Assembly: GCA_017625465.1 (NCBI GenBank)
Contig: JAGAKS010000016.1
Coordinates: 147,034-211,033 of the forward strand
Reading direction: 5' to 3'
Length of the DNA: 64,000 bases
DNA from: Clostridia bacterium
GTDB lineage: Bacteria; Bacillota; Clostridia; TANB77; CAG-508
Shown here: positions 9,706-19,981 of the stretch, piece after piece
How positions within the stretch are numbered: position 1 is the stretch's first letter
Layout of the letters: each line of letters begins with the position of its first letter
Translations under genes and position numbers: made by a program
Notes under the pieces: generated by a model
The model's database searches: none
Told to the model about the DNA's origin: nothing
Seen by the model: the letters and a program-made list of their open reading frames with translations, nothing else

Positions 9706-10780
9706 TCACATTACAAAAAACAAAACTGGCGCTGATGATATAACTGACCATATAACCAACAATATTAGTAATACCTTTTTATATCGTTTATCTCCAAAAT
9801 TTATAAACATAAAATATAAAAGTGTTATTAAACAGGCTAAGCCATACATATATCCTCTAGACATAAATATTTCTGGCTTTGGAATTAGAAAATAAAATAC
9901 TAATAATGCAAGTGTCATCCTCATTGAATTTTTTACAGAAAAAATATTTTCATCAATATTAGCTATCATATACATATATAAATATGCAGATGCTAATGAG
10001 ATTGCACTAGCACAAAAGCTCATATTCCATGTATTGTCCCAACCTATAATTTTAAATAATGGTAATTTTGTCATACAGAATATACTTTGTAATACTATAA
10101 CTATAATAAGTGGCATTAAAAATTTCTCATGCTTTTCTGTTTTGTAAACATATACCATTGCTACAATTAAAGACACTGGAAATATTGATAAAAAGCTTGC
10201 ATATAAATATTTGTTTTCCAAATTTAAAAATGGTAAAAACATACTATATCCATAACTAAACAAATATGGTAAACCACTTTCTCCACCTGGATATTTTGAC
10301 ATTTCTATCGAAGAAATTATATTTACAAATATAATTGATATAATAAAGCCAGCAATCAAGCAAAGTATTATCCAAATATAATTCGTTTTTTCTAGTTTCA
10401 ATTTTTGTTTTTTTTCTAATACTAACCATATAGCTAAAGCTACAAAAGTAAGCATTGATAAATTTTTAAAGGCAATTAAATCTCCTTTATCTAAAAAAGC
10501 ATAACTACCTATACAAAAGCCTAATATTGCAATAGATAAAGTCTTTATATATTTATTTTTTGAACATAAAAATTGATTCATACAAATAATACTTAGTTCG
10601 CCTATAATTAAACTCATTGGCACTTCTGTATATACTACAAAAGATGATGCACATACTAAAATTGTACCGTACTATCGCAATTTTTTTATTGTTATTTGTT
10701 AATAATTGCATGAAAAAATATGTAATTATTGCTAATACTAGAAATTTTATTAATGCTATAACATTTGCTCCTATAATCAT
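9706..10780 (-). pseudogene. Polytopic membrane protein that may be an O-antigen/EPS polymerase of the Wzy/EpsG type. It is split into two overlapping frames, 10553..10780 and 9706..10623.
   Basis: The two multi-TM ORFs overlap by 71 nt in different frames. Together they would give a roughly 370-aa protein of the size expected for such enzymes, located next to the rfb operon. Apart from a T7 run at about 10684-10690, which does not fit the required frame change, no homopolymer was found at the junction. Confidence 0.35.
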
Positions 10781-10868
10781 AATTTTTCTCCTTATTTTTT
10801 TACCAAATTATTTATATCATAAAAGCAAAAAAAATGCCATAAATAATTAAATATTTATGACATTTTTA

Positions 10869-11576
10869 TTAATCTTCTAATATCTTCCAACTTCCTATTT
10901 TTTCTGGATAATCTTCAAACAATAAAACTTCTTTTGTTGTAGGATGTTTAAACGAAAGTGAAAAAGCCCATAAAGCTAATTGCTTTCCTCTGCCTCTTGT
11001 ACCATATTTTTGATCACCATATAAACTATGATTTCTACTAGAAAATTGAACTCTAATTTGATGGTGTCTACCGGTATGAAGATTTACTTTTATAACAGAT
11101 AAATTTATTTCTTCATTGTACTTAATAACTTCGTAATCTAGTATTGCTTCTTTTGCATTCTTTTCATTTGGCTTTGCAATTCTACTTGTATTAGTTTTTT
11201 CATTTTTATATAAGTAATCTTTAAAAGTACCTTGTTTCTCTTCCATTTGGCCATCTACAATGCATAAATATTGTTTGTGCATTTCTTTATTTCTAACTTG
11301 TTCACTAAGCCTAGATGCTGCTTTTGAAGTCTTTGCAAATACCATTACTCCACCAGTTGGTCTATCTAATCTATGGACCAAGCCTAAATAAACTTCACCA
11401 GGTTTGTTATATTTTTCTTTTAGATATGCTTTTATGATTGAAAGCATATCTATATCTCCTGTCTTATCTCCCTGTGATGGAATGTTCACTGGTTTTTCTA
11501 CTACTATTATATGATTATCTTCATATATTGCTTTTAAATTTTCCATATTAGCTCTCCCATCTAGCATAAATTCCAC
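10869..11576 (-). CDS. RluA-family pseudouridine synthase.
   Basis: The catalytic motif HRLDRPTGG is present and the size is right. Confidence 0.85.
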   Translation of the reverse strand: MEFMLDGRANMENLKAIYEDNHIIVVEKPVNIPSQGDKTGDIDMLSIIKAYLKEKYNKPGEVYLGLVHRLDRPTGGVMVFAKTSKAASRLSEQVRNKEMHKQYLCIVDGQMEEKQGTFKDYLYKNEKTNTSRIAKPNEKNAKEAILDYEVIKYNEEINLSVIKVNLHTGRHHQIRVQFSSRNHSLYGDQKYGTRGRGKQLALWAFSLSFKHPTTKEVLLFEDYPEKIGSWKILED

Positions 11577-12408
11577 AAGGAAGTACTAAATTACTATCAG
11601 TCATTGGCAATCCTATTTCTCCAGATGATAACTTTCCTTTTTTCATTTTTAATTTTAAACTTAATATATTCTCTAAAACTTTTGAAGAAATTCCCGTAGT
11701 GTATGAATTTATTAAGAAAAATAAAGGATTGTCTGATAACACACCAGAACACAATTCTACTAAATCTGCAATATTGTTTTCAAACTGCCATACTTCTCCA
11801 TTTTTTCCTCTACCGTAAGATGGTGGATCCATAATTATTGCATCATATTTGTTACCACGTCTAATTTCTCTTTGTACAAACTTAGTAACATCATCTATGA
11901 TAAATCTTACTGGTCTTTCACCTAAACCAGAAGAAACTACATTTTCTTTTGCCCAAGTAACCATACCTTTTGAACTATCTACATGACATACAGAAGCTCC
12001 AGCATAACTACAAGCAACTGTTGCACCACCTGTATATGCAAATAAGTTTAAAACTTTTATTTCTCTTTTTGAATTTTGTATTTTATCTATCATCCAATCC
12101 CAATTAACAGCTTGCTCTGGAAATAATCCTGTATGTTTAAAGCCCATTGGTTTTATATTAAAAGTTAAATCTTTATATTTAACTTGCCAAGCTGCTGGTA
12201 ATTTCTTTTTATAATTCCAACTTCCACCACCAGTATTACTTCTACTATATCTAGCATCTGCTTTTTTCCATTTTTCTGGATAAGATTTGTCTTTCCAAAT
12301 AATTTGTGGATCTGGTCTAACTAAAAAAATATTTCCCCATCTTTCTAGCTTTTCACCGTTTGCCATATCTAAAATTTCATAATCTTTCCAATCTCTTGAT
12401 ATATTCAT
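11548..12408 (-). CDS. Class I SAM-dependent RNA methyltransferase of the RlmI/RlmK type.
   Basis: A Rossmann SAM-binding region (VLNLFAYTGG...DPP) is present. It sits in an operon with the pseudouridine synthase. Confidence 0.7.
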   Translation of the reverse strand: MNISRDWKDYEILDMANGEKLERWGNIFLVRPDPQIIWKDKSYPEKWKKADARYSRSNTGGGSWNYKKKLPAAWQVKYKDLTFNIKPMGFKHTGLFPEQAVNWDWMIDKIQNSKREIKVLNLFAYTGGATVACSYAGASVCHVDSSKGMVTWAKENVVSSGLGERPVRFIIDDVTKFVQREIRRGNKYDAIIMDPPSYGRGKNGEVWQFENNIADLVELCSGVLSDNPLFFLINSYTTGISSKVLENILSLKLKMKKGKLSSGEIGLPMTDSNLVLPCGIYARWES

Positions 12409-12458
12409 TTTATCTATTCCTCTTATTACTTAAATTTCTTTTTTATTATACTATAAAT

Positions 12459-13307
12459 TTACATAAAAAAATCTACTATCTCTTTTATAATATTTTCTGG
12501 TGTAGATGCACCTGCCATAATTCCAACTTTTTTGGTATAATCAAAAGCTTCTTTATTTAGGTCTGATACTGTTTGTATAAAAAATACACTATCACAATTT
12601 TTATTTGAAATATCTACTAACTTTCTTGTATTAGCACTATTTTTTCCACCAACTACTATCATATAATCAACTTCTTTTGATATTTCTTCGCACTCTTTTT
12701 GTCTAATTTCTGTACTATTACAAATTGTTTTATCAACTACTACATCAGCCTCTATAAAATTTGTATAAATCTCTTTTTCTAAAATATCAAACGCACTTGA
12801 GCTAAAAGTAGTTTGAGCTACTACATAAACTTTTGAAAGTCCTGTATTTTCAAATTCCATATAAGCATCTAATATATCATCTTCACTTTCTACTACATAA
12901 GAATTCTCTCCAGCAAATCCTAATGTTCCTAATACTTCTGGATGGCCTTTTTCTCCTATTACAATTATAAAACTATCGCTACTTGCTTTTTTTACTTTAT
13001 TGTGAATTACTTTTACATTTCCACATGTCGTATCAATAATTTCTATATTTTTTTCGTGAGCTGTTTCATAAATTTTTTCGCTTTCCCCATGTGCTCTAAT
13101 TATCATTTTAGAACCATTTGGAACGTCTTTTATATCATATACTATTTTTAAACCTTTTGCTTCTAGGCTCTCTATAACTTGTTTATTATGAACTACTTCT
13201 CCTAAACAATATACATTTTCATTTTTTGTAACTGCTTCATCTGTTTTTTGAACTGCAAGTTTTACACCTCCGCAAAAACCTGCATATTTTCCAACTATTA
13301 CTTCCAT
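12459..13307 (-). CDS. ispH: 4-hydroxy-3-methylbut-2-enyl diphosphate reductase.
   Basis: LytB/IspH family with conserved Cys and His residues and the typical length. Confidence 0.85.
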   Translation of the reverse strand: MEVIVGKYAGFCGGVKLAVQKTDEAVTKNENVYCLGEVVHNKQVIESLEAKGLKIVYDIKDVPNGSKMIIRAHGESEKIYETAHEKNIEIIDTTCGNVKVIHNKVKKASSDSFIIVIGEKGHPEVLGTLGFAGENSYVVESEDDILDAYMEFENTGLSKVYVVAQTTFSSSAFDILEKEIYTNFIEADVVVDKTICNSTEIRQKECEEISKEVDYMIVVGGKNSANTRKLVDISNKNCDSVFFIQTVSDLNKEAFDYTKKVGIMAGASTPENIIKEIVDFFM

Positions 13308-13316
13308 ATTTTACCT

Positions 13317-13421
13317 CTAAATTGAACTTAAAACTCCTACAAAACTATATAGCATTCCTAGCATAAATCCAAAAATCATGCTTGTCCCTAACACTAACAT
13401 TCTAAAAAATAGTCTTTTCAT
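13317..13421 (-). CDS. Possible 34-aa hydrophobic micro-protein (MKRLFFRMLVLGTSMIFGFMLGMLYSFVGVLSSI).
   Basis: RBS GGAGGG lies 7 nt before the ATG. The product has a single TM helix. It is not in the ORF track because it is under 60 aa. Confidence 0.3.
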   Translation of the reverse strand: MKRLFFRMLVLGTSMIFGFMLGMLYSFVGVLSSI

Positions 13422-13500
13422 AAAATCCCTCCATACTATTATTTCTTTATAATAATATTCCGTTAGATTTATTCTTATTACTATTTTCAATTTACATATT

Positions 13501-15294
13501 TTAAGAGTTTTCTAATTCTTCTTTAATTTTTTTAGCTAAATCTACATTTATACCTTTTATCTCTGAAATTTCTTCAATACTTGCTTCCTTTATTTTCTGA
13601 ACACTGCCAAATTTTTTAAGTAACAAAGTTCTTTTCTTTTCACCAATACCATCTATATAATCTAGTTTTGATTTTGTCATTTCTTTATCACGAACTTTTC
13701 TGTGATATTCGATAGCAGTATTATGAACTTCATTTTGTAAATTTGTTATAAAATTGAATAAAGTTTCTGAAATATTAAATTCTTCTCTTTCTTCATTTAT
13801 TAAAGCTCTTGTTGAATGCTTATCATCTTTTACCATTCCAAAGACTGGCAAATTAACATTATTTTCAGCCAGAGCTGCTTTAATTGCACGAATTTGAGTA
13901 ATACCACCATCTGCTAAAATTAAATCTGGCAAAGTCCCAAATCCACCTTTTGGATTTTCCAAAGAATGTTTTATTCTTCTAGATACCACTTCTTGCATAC
14001 AACGCGGATCATCTTGACCAAAAACTGTCTTTATCTTAAATCTTCTAGACATATTTTTCTTAACAACTCCGTTATATGCTACGCACATACCTGCAACAAT
14101 AAAATTACCAGATATGTTTGATATATCAAAACTTTCAATTTTCACTGGAATATCATCAAGGTCTAATACTTCTTTTAATTCTGTTAAAATTTCTGTTTTG
14201 TCTTTCAATTTATTTTCTAATGTTATTTTGCTATTTAATTCTGCCATTTCCACAAATCGTAATTTTTCACCTTTTTGCGGACTCTTAAGCTCAACCTTTC
14301 TTTTTGCACTAACTGAAAGCCATTTTTCTAATGAATCTTTATCTTCTAAATCGTACCTAAGCATAATTTTATTTGGTAAATCCATTCTATCCATATAGAA
14401 TTGTTTTATAAAACCAGATACAATTTCTTTTTCTTCCATATCTTTTAATTCTTCAAAAATGTATCTTTCTCTACCAATCATTTTACTGTTTCTTACAAAG
14501 AATATCTCTATACAAGCTGCTATATCGCTCTTATATAAACCTATAACATCAATGTTATTTTCTGAAATATTTGAAATTCGTTGTTTTTCAGTAACTCTTT
14601 CAATTGCTTGAATTTTATCTCTAAGAACAGCTGCCTTTTCATATTCCATGTTTTTAGAGCATTCCATCATATCTTGATTTAATTCAGCAATAATTTGTTC
14701 CACTTTTCCTTCAAGTAACTTTATAATTTGGTCTATCTGCTTTTTATATTCTTCAACTGATACATATTTCATACAAGGCGCTAAACATTTTTTTATATGA
14801 TAATTTAAACAAGCCCTATCCTTATTTTTAAAATTTTTGCATTGCCTAATTTGAAATTTTTCTTTTATAAAAGCTATCATTTCTTTAGCACTACCACTAC
14901 TTGGATATGGTCCAAAATATTTAGCTCCATCATTTAATATTCTTCTAGTCATTGTAACTGTAGGATAATCAGACTTAACATCAATTCTAATATATGGATA
15001 AGTTTTATCATCCTTTAACAAAACATTAAATTTGGGTCTATGTTTTTTTATTAAATTACACTCTAATATTAAAGCTTCATCTTCACTATTTACGACTATA
15101 TATTCAAAATGGTCTACTAATGAGACCATTTTTTCTATTCTAGTTGTTTTATTATTTTTTCTAAAATACTGCCTAACTCTATTGCGAAGAACAATTGCCT
15201 TACCTACATATATAACATTATCATTTTTATCTTTCATAATGTATACGCCAGGTTTGGTTGGAAGCTTTTTAAGTTCTTCCTCAATATTAAACAT
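13501..15294 (-). CDS. uvrC: Excinuclease ABC subunit C.
   Basis: An N-terminal GIY-YIG motif (GVYIMKDKNDNVIYVGKA) and a C-terminal RNase H-like domain plus HhH motif are present. Confidence 0.95.
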   Translation of the reverse strand: MFNIEEELKKLPTKPGVYIMKDKNDNVIYVGKAIVLRNRVRQYFRKNNKTTRIEKMVSLVDHFEYIVVNSEDEALILECNLIKKHRPKFNVLLKDDKTYPYIRIDVKSDYPTVTMTRRILNDGAKYFGPYPSSGSAKEMIAFIKEKFQIRQCKNFKNKDRACLNYHIKKCLAPCMKYVSVEEYKKQIDQIIKLLEGKVEQIIAELNQDMMECSKNMEYEKAAVLRDKIQAIERVTEKQRISNISENNIDVIGLYKSDIAACIEIFFVRNSKMIGRERYIFEELKDMEEKEIVSGFIKQFYMDRMDLPNKIMLRYDLEDKDSLEKWLSVSAKRKVELKSPQKGEKLRFVEMAELNSKITLENKLKDKTEILTELKEVLDLDDIPVKIESFDISNISGNFIVAGMCVAYNGVVKKNMSRRFKIKTVFGQDDPRCMQEVVSRRIKHSLENPKGGFGTLPDLILADGGITQIRAIKAALAENNVNLPVFGMVKDDKHSTRALINEEREEFNISETLFNFITNLQNEVHNTAIEYHRKVRDKEMTKSKLDYIDGIGEKKRTLLLKKFGSVQKIKEASIEEISEIKGINVDLAKKIKEELENS

Positions 15295-15302
15295 AAATTC
15301 TC

Positions 15303-15851
15303 CTATTCTTCTATATAACCAATATAAGGAATGTTTCTTCCTTTTTCGTCTACGTCAAATCCATAACCTACAACAAATTTATCTGGTATGTCAAAAGCTA
15401 CATAGTCTAATGCCACATCCACTTTTCTTCTTTCAACTTTGTTTGCAAGTACTGCAATTTTTAAACATTTTGGATTTTTGCTTAATAAGTATTCTTTTAA
15501 ATAGCTAAGTGTTGTACCAGTATCTATAATATCTTCCACTACTAATACATTTCTTCCTTCAATATCTCTATCTAGATCTTTTTTTACTAATAAGTTTCCT
15601 GTACTTTCTGTTCCTACATAACTTGAAACTTGCATAACTTCAAGTTCAATAGGTGTCTTCATTTTTTTTACAAGATCTACTGTAAAAAATACTGCGCCTT
15701 TTAAAACAGAAATAACAACTACATCTTCTCCTTCAAAGTCTTTGTCTATTTCTGCAGCAACTTCTGCAATTCTTTTTTGAATTTCATCTTCACTTAATAA
15801 TACTGGTAAATTTTCTAACATAACTATTCCTCCGAAAAAAATAAAATACAA
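15303..15851 (-). CDS. hpt: Hypoxanthine-guanine phosphoribosyltransferase.
   Basis: PRPP-binding motif VLVVEDIIDTGTT. Confidence 0.9.
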   Translation of the reverse strand: MYFIFFGGIVMLENLPVLLSEDEIQKRIAEVAAEIDKDFEGEDVVVISVLKGAVFFTVDLVKKMKTPIELEVMQVSSYVGTESTGNLLVKKDLDRDIEGRNVLVVEDIIDTGTTLSYLKEYLLSKNPKCLKIAVLANKVERRKVDVALDYVAFDIPDKFVVGYGFDVDEKGRNIPYIGYIEE

Positions 15852-15929
15852 TTCTATTATAGCACATTATTTCATTTTTTTACAAGATTTTTACACAAAA
15901 AAAGCTCCAAAAGGAGCTTTTTTATCAAT

Positions 15930-16850
15930 TTAGTTCATTTCTACTGCACCAATAATTGAATTAATATCTTCAATATTATGTCTTTTCATATAATCTTCTA
16001 TTCCGGCTATTGCTTTTATACTGCTTTCTGGATCTACTAAATTAGCTGACCCCATAGAAATACACTTTGCACCAGCAAGCATAAATTCTATTGCATCATC
16101 ACCGTTCATAATTCCACCTAATCCCATTACTGGAATTTTAACAGCATGGCTTGCTTGATATACCATTCTAACTGCAACTGGTTTAATGGCTGGACCTGAA
16201 AGTCCACCTGTATTAATGCTTAAAATTGGTTTTCTTTTTTCAATATCTATTTTCATAGCTGTAAGAGTATTTATCAATGAAATACCATCAGCGCCAGCAT
16301 CTTCTGCGCCTTTTGCAGGAAGTGTTATATCTGTTACATTTGGTGTTAATTTTACTATTAAAGGTTTGCTTGTTAAAACTTTTCTACAAGCTGTTGTAAT
16401 TTCTTTAACACCTTCATAAGTTGTTCCAAATGCTAAGCAACCAGCTTTTACGTTTGGACAAGAAAGGTTGATTTCTACACCATCTATTGGAAGTGTATTC
16501 AAAACTTTACAAATTTCGACATAAGCTTCAACAGTTCCTTCTGTTCCACCAAAACAATTTACTATAATTGGTGTATCGAATTTTTTTAGCCAAGGTAAAT
16601 CTACTTCCATAAAATAGTCTAAACCTGGATTTTCAAGTCCTATACAATTCATCATTCCACTGTCTGTTTCACAAATTCTAGGTGGTTTGTTACCTGTTTT
16701 TGGCTTTAAAGATGTACCTTTGGTAATAATTGCACCTAATTTATTTAAGTCTATAAATTCACTATGTCCTCTACCATAACCAAAAGTTCCAGATGCTACA
16801 GTAACAGGATTTTTCATTTTAATTCCACAAAAATCAATTTCTGTTTTCAT
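15930..16850 (-). CDS. pyrD: Dihydroorotate dehydrogenase, catalytic subunit (class 1B).
   Basis: TIM-barrel DHOD motifs are present and pyrK is adjacent. Confidence 0.9.
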   Translation of the reverse strand: MKTEIDFCGIKMKNPVTVASGTFGYGRGHSEFIDLNKLGAIITKGTSLKPKTGNKPPRICETDSGMMNCIGLENPGLDYFMEVDLPWLKKFDTPIIVNCFGGTEGTVEAYVEICKVLNTLPIDGVEINLSCPNVKAGCLAFGTTYEGVKEITTACRKVLTSKPLIVKLTPNVTDITLPAKGAEDAGADGISLINTLTAMKIDIEKRKPILSINTGGLSGPAIKPVAVRMVYQASHAVKIPVMGLGGIMNGDDAIEFMLAGAKCISMGSANLVDPESSIKAIAGIEDYMKRHNIEDINSIIGAVEMN

Positions 16851-16862
16851 ACTTTAAACCTC

Positions 16863-17666
16863 CTATATTATTACTTTCTTTGAATTAAATACTGGTCCAT
16901 GTTGACAAACATAATTGTATTTAACTTCATCTGGATTTTCAGTTACTATTCTAACATTGCAACCTACACAAGCTCCGATTCCACAGCCCATTCTTTCTTC
17001 CAAAGACATTTCACATTTAATGTTTTCAGAATTTGCAAATTCTTGAACTGCTTTAAGCATAGGAAGTGGTCCACATGCAAAAATAATATCTGGTTTTTCT
17101 TTTTTGCAATCCTCTTTTAAAACATTGATTGCATAACCTTTTTCTTTATATGAACCGTCATCAGTTGTTATAACTACGTTGCTTGCAACTTCTTCAAATT
17201 CTTTTTCTAAAGTAACTAAAGATTTGTTTCTAAAGCCCATATACATTGTAGTTTCGGCTCTTCCTTTTAATTCTTTAGCAAGTTCATATAGTGGGTATGT
17301 TCCAATACCGCCACCAATTATTGCTACTTTTTTATAATCTTTTACTGTGAATGCACCATTTCCTAAAGGACCTATGACATTAATTATATCTCCAACTTTT
17401 TTAGTAGATAAAATTTCTGTACCTTTTCCTTTAACTTGAAATATAAATTCCACTGTTCCTTCAGCTTTTTCAATATTATAAATACTAATCGGACGTCTTA
17501 AAAAGGTTTCACCAGTAGTTGATACTTGTATTTCAAGAAATTGTCCAGCTTTTGCTATCTCTGCAATCTCTGGTGCTTTAATTTTAAATTTATAAATTCC
17601 TTCAATAATTTTTTCAGTATCTAAAATTTCGCAATCTAATTTATATTTATAAGCCATGTAATTCAC
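16863..17666 (-). CDS. pyrK: Dihydroorotate dehydrogenase electron-transfer subunit.
   Basis: FAD/NAD-binding domain with a C-terminal Cys cluster (CGIGACVGC). Confidence 0.85.
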   Translation of the reverse strand: MNYMAYKYKLDCEILDTEKIIEGIYKFKIKAPEIAEIAKAGQFLEIQVSTTGETFLRRPISIYNIEKAEGTVEFIFQVKGKGTEILSTKKVGDIINVIGPLGNGAFTVKDYKKVAIIGGGIGTYPLYELAKELKGRAETTMYMGFRNKSLVTLEKEFEEVASNVVITTDDGSYKEKGYAINVLKEDCKKEKPDIIFACGPLPMLKAVQEFANSENIKCEMSLEERMGCGIGACVGCNVRIVTENPDEVKYNYVCQHGPVFNSKKVII

Positions 17667-17672
17667 TCCTAT

Positions 17673-18605
17673 CTATTTATTTTTTATAGCATTATTTAAT
17701 TCATCACGCATACGAATTGCTTCTGCACGAGTTGCTTCTGCAAATTGTTCATCTGTGTATATATCTTTCCATCTATCTGATTTCCAAGCACACATTAAAC
17801 TTCTTGAAGCATTTACTATTCCTCCAAGACCTTTTTCATCAAATCCTAATGCTATATCTTCTGCTTTTCCACCTTGTGCCCCATAACCAGGAATTAGGAA
17901 ATATGATGTAGGCATAATTTTTCTAAGTTCTTCTAATTGTTTTGGATAAGTAGCTCCTACAACTGATGAAATTGAACTATATCCATGTTCTCCGACTAAA
18001 TCTTCTCCCCATATATTTACAAGCTCTGCAACTTTTTCATATACAGTTTTTCCATCTTCTAATTTTAAATCTTGAAGTTCACCAGAAGATTTATTTGAAG
18101 TTTTTACTAATACGAAAATACCTTTTCCATATTTTTTACAATCTTCGACAAAAGGTTTAATTCCGTCTGTTCCTAAATATGGATTTACTGTTACAAAATC
18201 TATATCATAAATTGAGTAATTCATTTCAGCAACAGGAGTTTTTCCAATTGCAGCATTTGAATAAGCTTGAGCTGTTGTTCCTATATCGCCTCTTTTCATA
18301 TCTGCAATAACTATCATTCCTTTATGTTTAGCATATCTGCAAGTTTCGCAAAAAGCTTCAATTCCATAAGTTCCAAACATTTCATAAAAAGCAATTTGTG
18401 GTTTTATTGCTGGTACTATATCGCAAACACTATCTATTAATTTATAGTTATATTCGATAATAGCTCTACAAACATCTCTTAAATCTGTACCATATTTACT
18501 TTTTATACATTCTGGAAGCATATCATAACGTGGATCTAATCCAATTACTGTAGGATTATTCATTTCTTGTATTTTATCTATTAATCTATCTATCGCTGTT
18601 TTCAT
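17673..18605 (-). CDS. pyrF: Orotidine 5'-phosphate decarboxylase.
   Basis: Long type-2 OMPdecase. It sits in pyr operon context. Confidence 0.8.
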   Translation of the reverse strand: MKTAIDRLIDKIQEMNNPTVIGLDPRYDMLPECIKSKYGTDLRDVCRAIIEYNYKLIDSVCDIVPAIKPQIAFYEMFGTYGIEAFCETCRYAKHKGMIVIADMKRGDIGTTAQAYSNAAIGKTPVAEMNYSIYDIDFVTVNPYLGTDGIKPFVEDCKKYGKGIFVLVKTSNKSSGELQDLKLEDGKTVYEKVAELVNIWGEDLVGEHGYSSISSVVGATYPKQLEELRKIMPTSYFLIPGYGAQGGKAEDIALGFDEKGLGGIVNASRSLMCAWKSDRWKDIYTDEQFAEATRAEAIRMRDELNNAIKNK

Positions 18606-19869
18606 AAACTATTCTACCTCCTACAACTGTGTACATTACTTGTCCTTGTAATTCTTTTCCAATCCAAGGTGTATTATGAGATTTTGAAACAATGCTTGCT
18701 TCTTCATAAATATATTTTTTATTTGGATCAAAGATTGTTAAATCTGCAGTAGAGCCTTCTCTAATTTCTCCTCTATTTATTCCTAATAATTTAGCTGGAT
18801 TATATGACATAAGTCTTACCATATCTAAATAATCAATATGTCCTTTAGCAACTAAATTTGTAATTGTTGCAGCTAAAGCAGTTTCAAATCCAATAATGCC
18901 ATTTGGTGCACTAGCTAAACCTTTTGCTTTTTCTTCTTTAGCATGTGGTGCATGGTCTGTAATAATACAATCTATTGTACCATCTTTTAAACCTTCTATT
19001 ATAGCTTTTTTATCTTTTTCTTCACGAAGCGGTGGGTTCATTTTTGCATTTACACCTGAAGTTAAAACTTCATCAACAGTAAAGCTATAATAATGAGGAC
19101 AAGTTTCGCAAGTAACCTTAACTCCTCTTGCTTTTGCACTTCTTATCATATTTACAGATGTTGAAGTGCTGATATGACAAATGTGTGTATGTAAGTTATT
19201 TGTTTCTGCAATTACTATATCACGTGCTGCCATGATTTCTTCTGCTTCTGGTAAAACTCCTTGTACTCCTAATTTATCAGCAATTGGTCCTGCATTTATT
19301 GCGCCAGCTGATACAGATTTTTCTTCACAGTGTTCTGCTAAGAAGCTATTTAGTGAATTTACTTTAATCATAGCTTCTCTAATCATTCTAGCATTTTCTA
19401 CTGGCATTCCATCATCAGAAAATGCACAAGCTCCTGCTTCTAATTGTGCTTCAAAGTCAACTAACTCTTCGCCTTTTTCTCCTACTGTAACGCTTGAATA
19501 AGGCATAACATTACATAAGTTAACTCTTTTTGCTTCATCTATTATTCTTTTTAAAACAATAGCGCTATCTGGAGTAGGTTTTGTATTTGGCATAGGACAA
19601 ATAGTAGTAAAACCACCCTTAACAGCGCTTTTTGATCCAGTTTCTATAGTTTCTTTATGTTCACCACCTGGTTCTCTTAAATGACAATGAACGTCAATCA
19701 TACCTGGCATAATATATAAACCAGAACAATCAACAACTTTAGCATCTTCTGCTTTTATTTCTTTAGCAATTTTTTCAATTTTTCCTTCATCATTTATTAA
19801 AAGGTCAAAAATTTCTTCTGTATTGCTTGCATAGTCTAGTACAGTTCCATTTTTAAATAAAATACTCAT
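18586..19869 (-). CDS. pyrC: Dihydroorotase.
   Basis: Amidohydrolase signature DVHCHLREPG with metal-binding His and Asp residues. Confidence 0.9.
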   Translation of the reverse strand: MSILFKNGTVLDYASNTEEIFDLLINDEGKIEKIAKEIKAEDAKVVDCSGLYIMPGMIDVHCHLREPGGEHKETIETGSKSAVKGGFTTICPMPNTKPTPDSAIVLKRIIDEAKRVNLCNVMPYSSVTVGEKGEELVDFEAQLEAGACAFSDDGMPVENARMIREAMIKVNSLNSFLAEHCEEKSVSAGAINAGPIADKLGVQGVLPEAEEIMAARDIVIAETNNLHTHICHISTSTSVNMIRSAKARGVKVTCETCPHYYSFTVDEVLTSGVNAKMNPPLREEKDKKAIIEGLKDGTIDCIITDHAPHAKEEKAKGLASAPNGIIGFETALAATITNLVAKGHIDYLDMVRLMSYNPAKLLGINRGEIREGSTADLTIFDPNKKYIYEEASIVSKSHNTPWIGKELQGQVMYTVVGGRIVYENSDR

Positions 19870-19937
19870 TTTTCTCTCCTTACATAAATTTTTACTATTT
19901 TATCATTTTAGCATATTTTTTTCAAGTTTTTTAAACA

Positions 19938-19964
19938 AAAAGAAGATAAAAATTTATCTTCTTT
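19938..19964 (-). terminator. Rho-independent terminator after the desulfurase gene.
   Basis: Hairpin AAAGAAGATAAA..TTTATCTTCTTT with a T-run. Confidence 0.65.
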
Positions 19965-19981
19965 TATTTGTCTACTAATTA

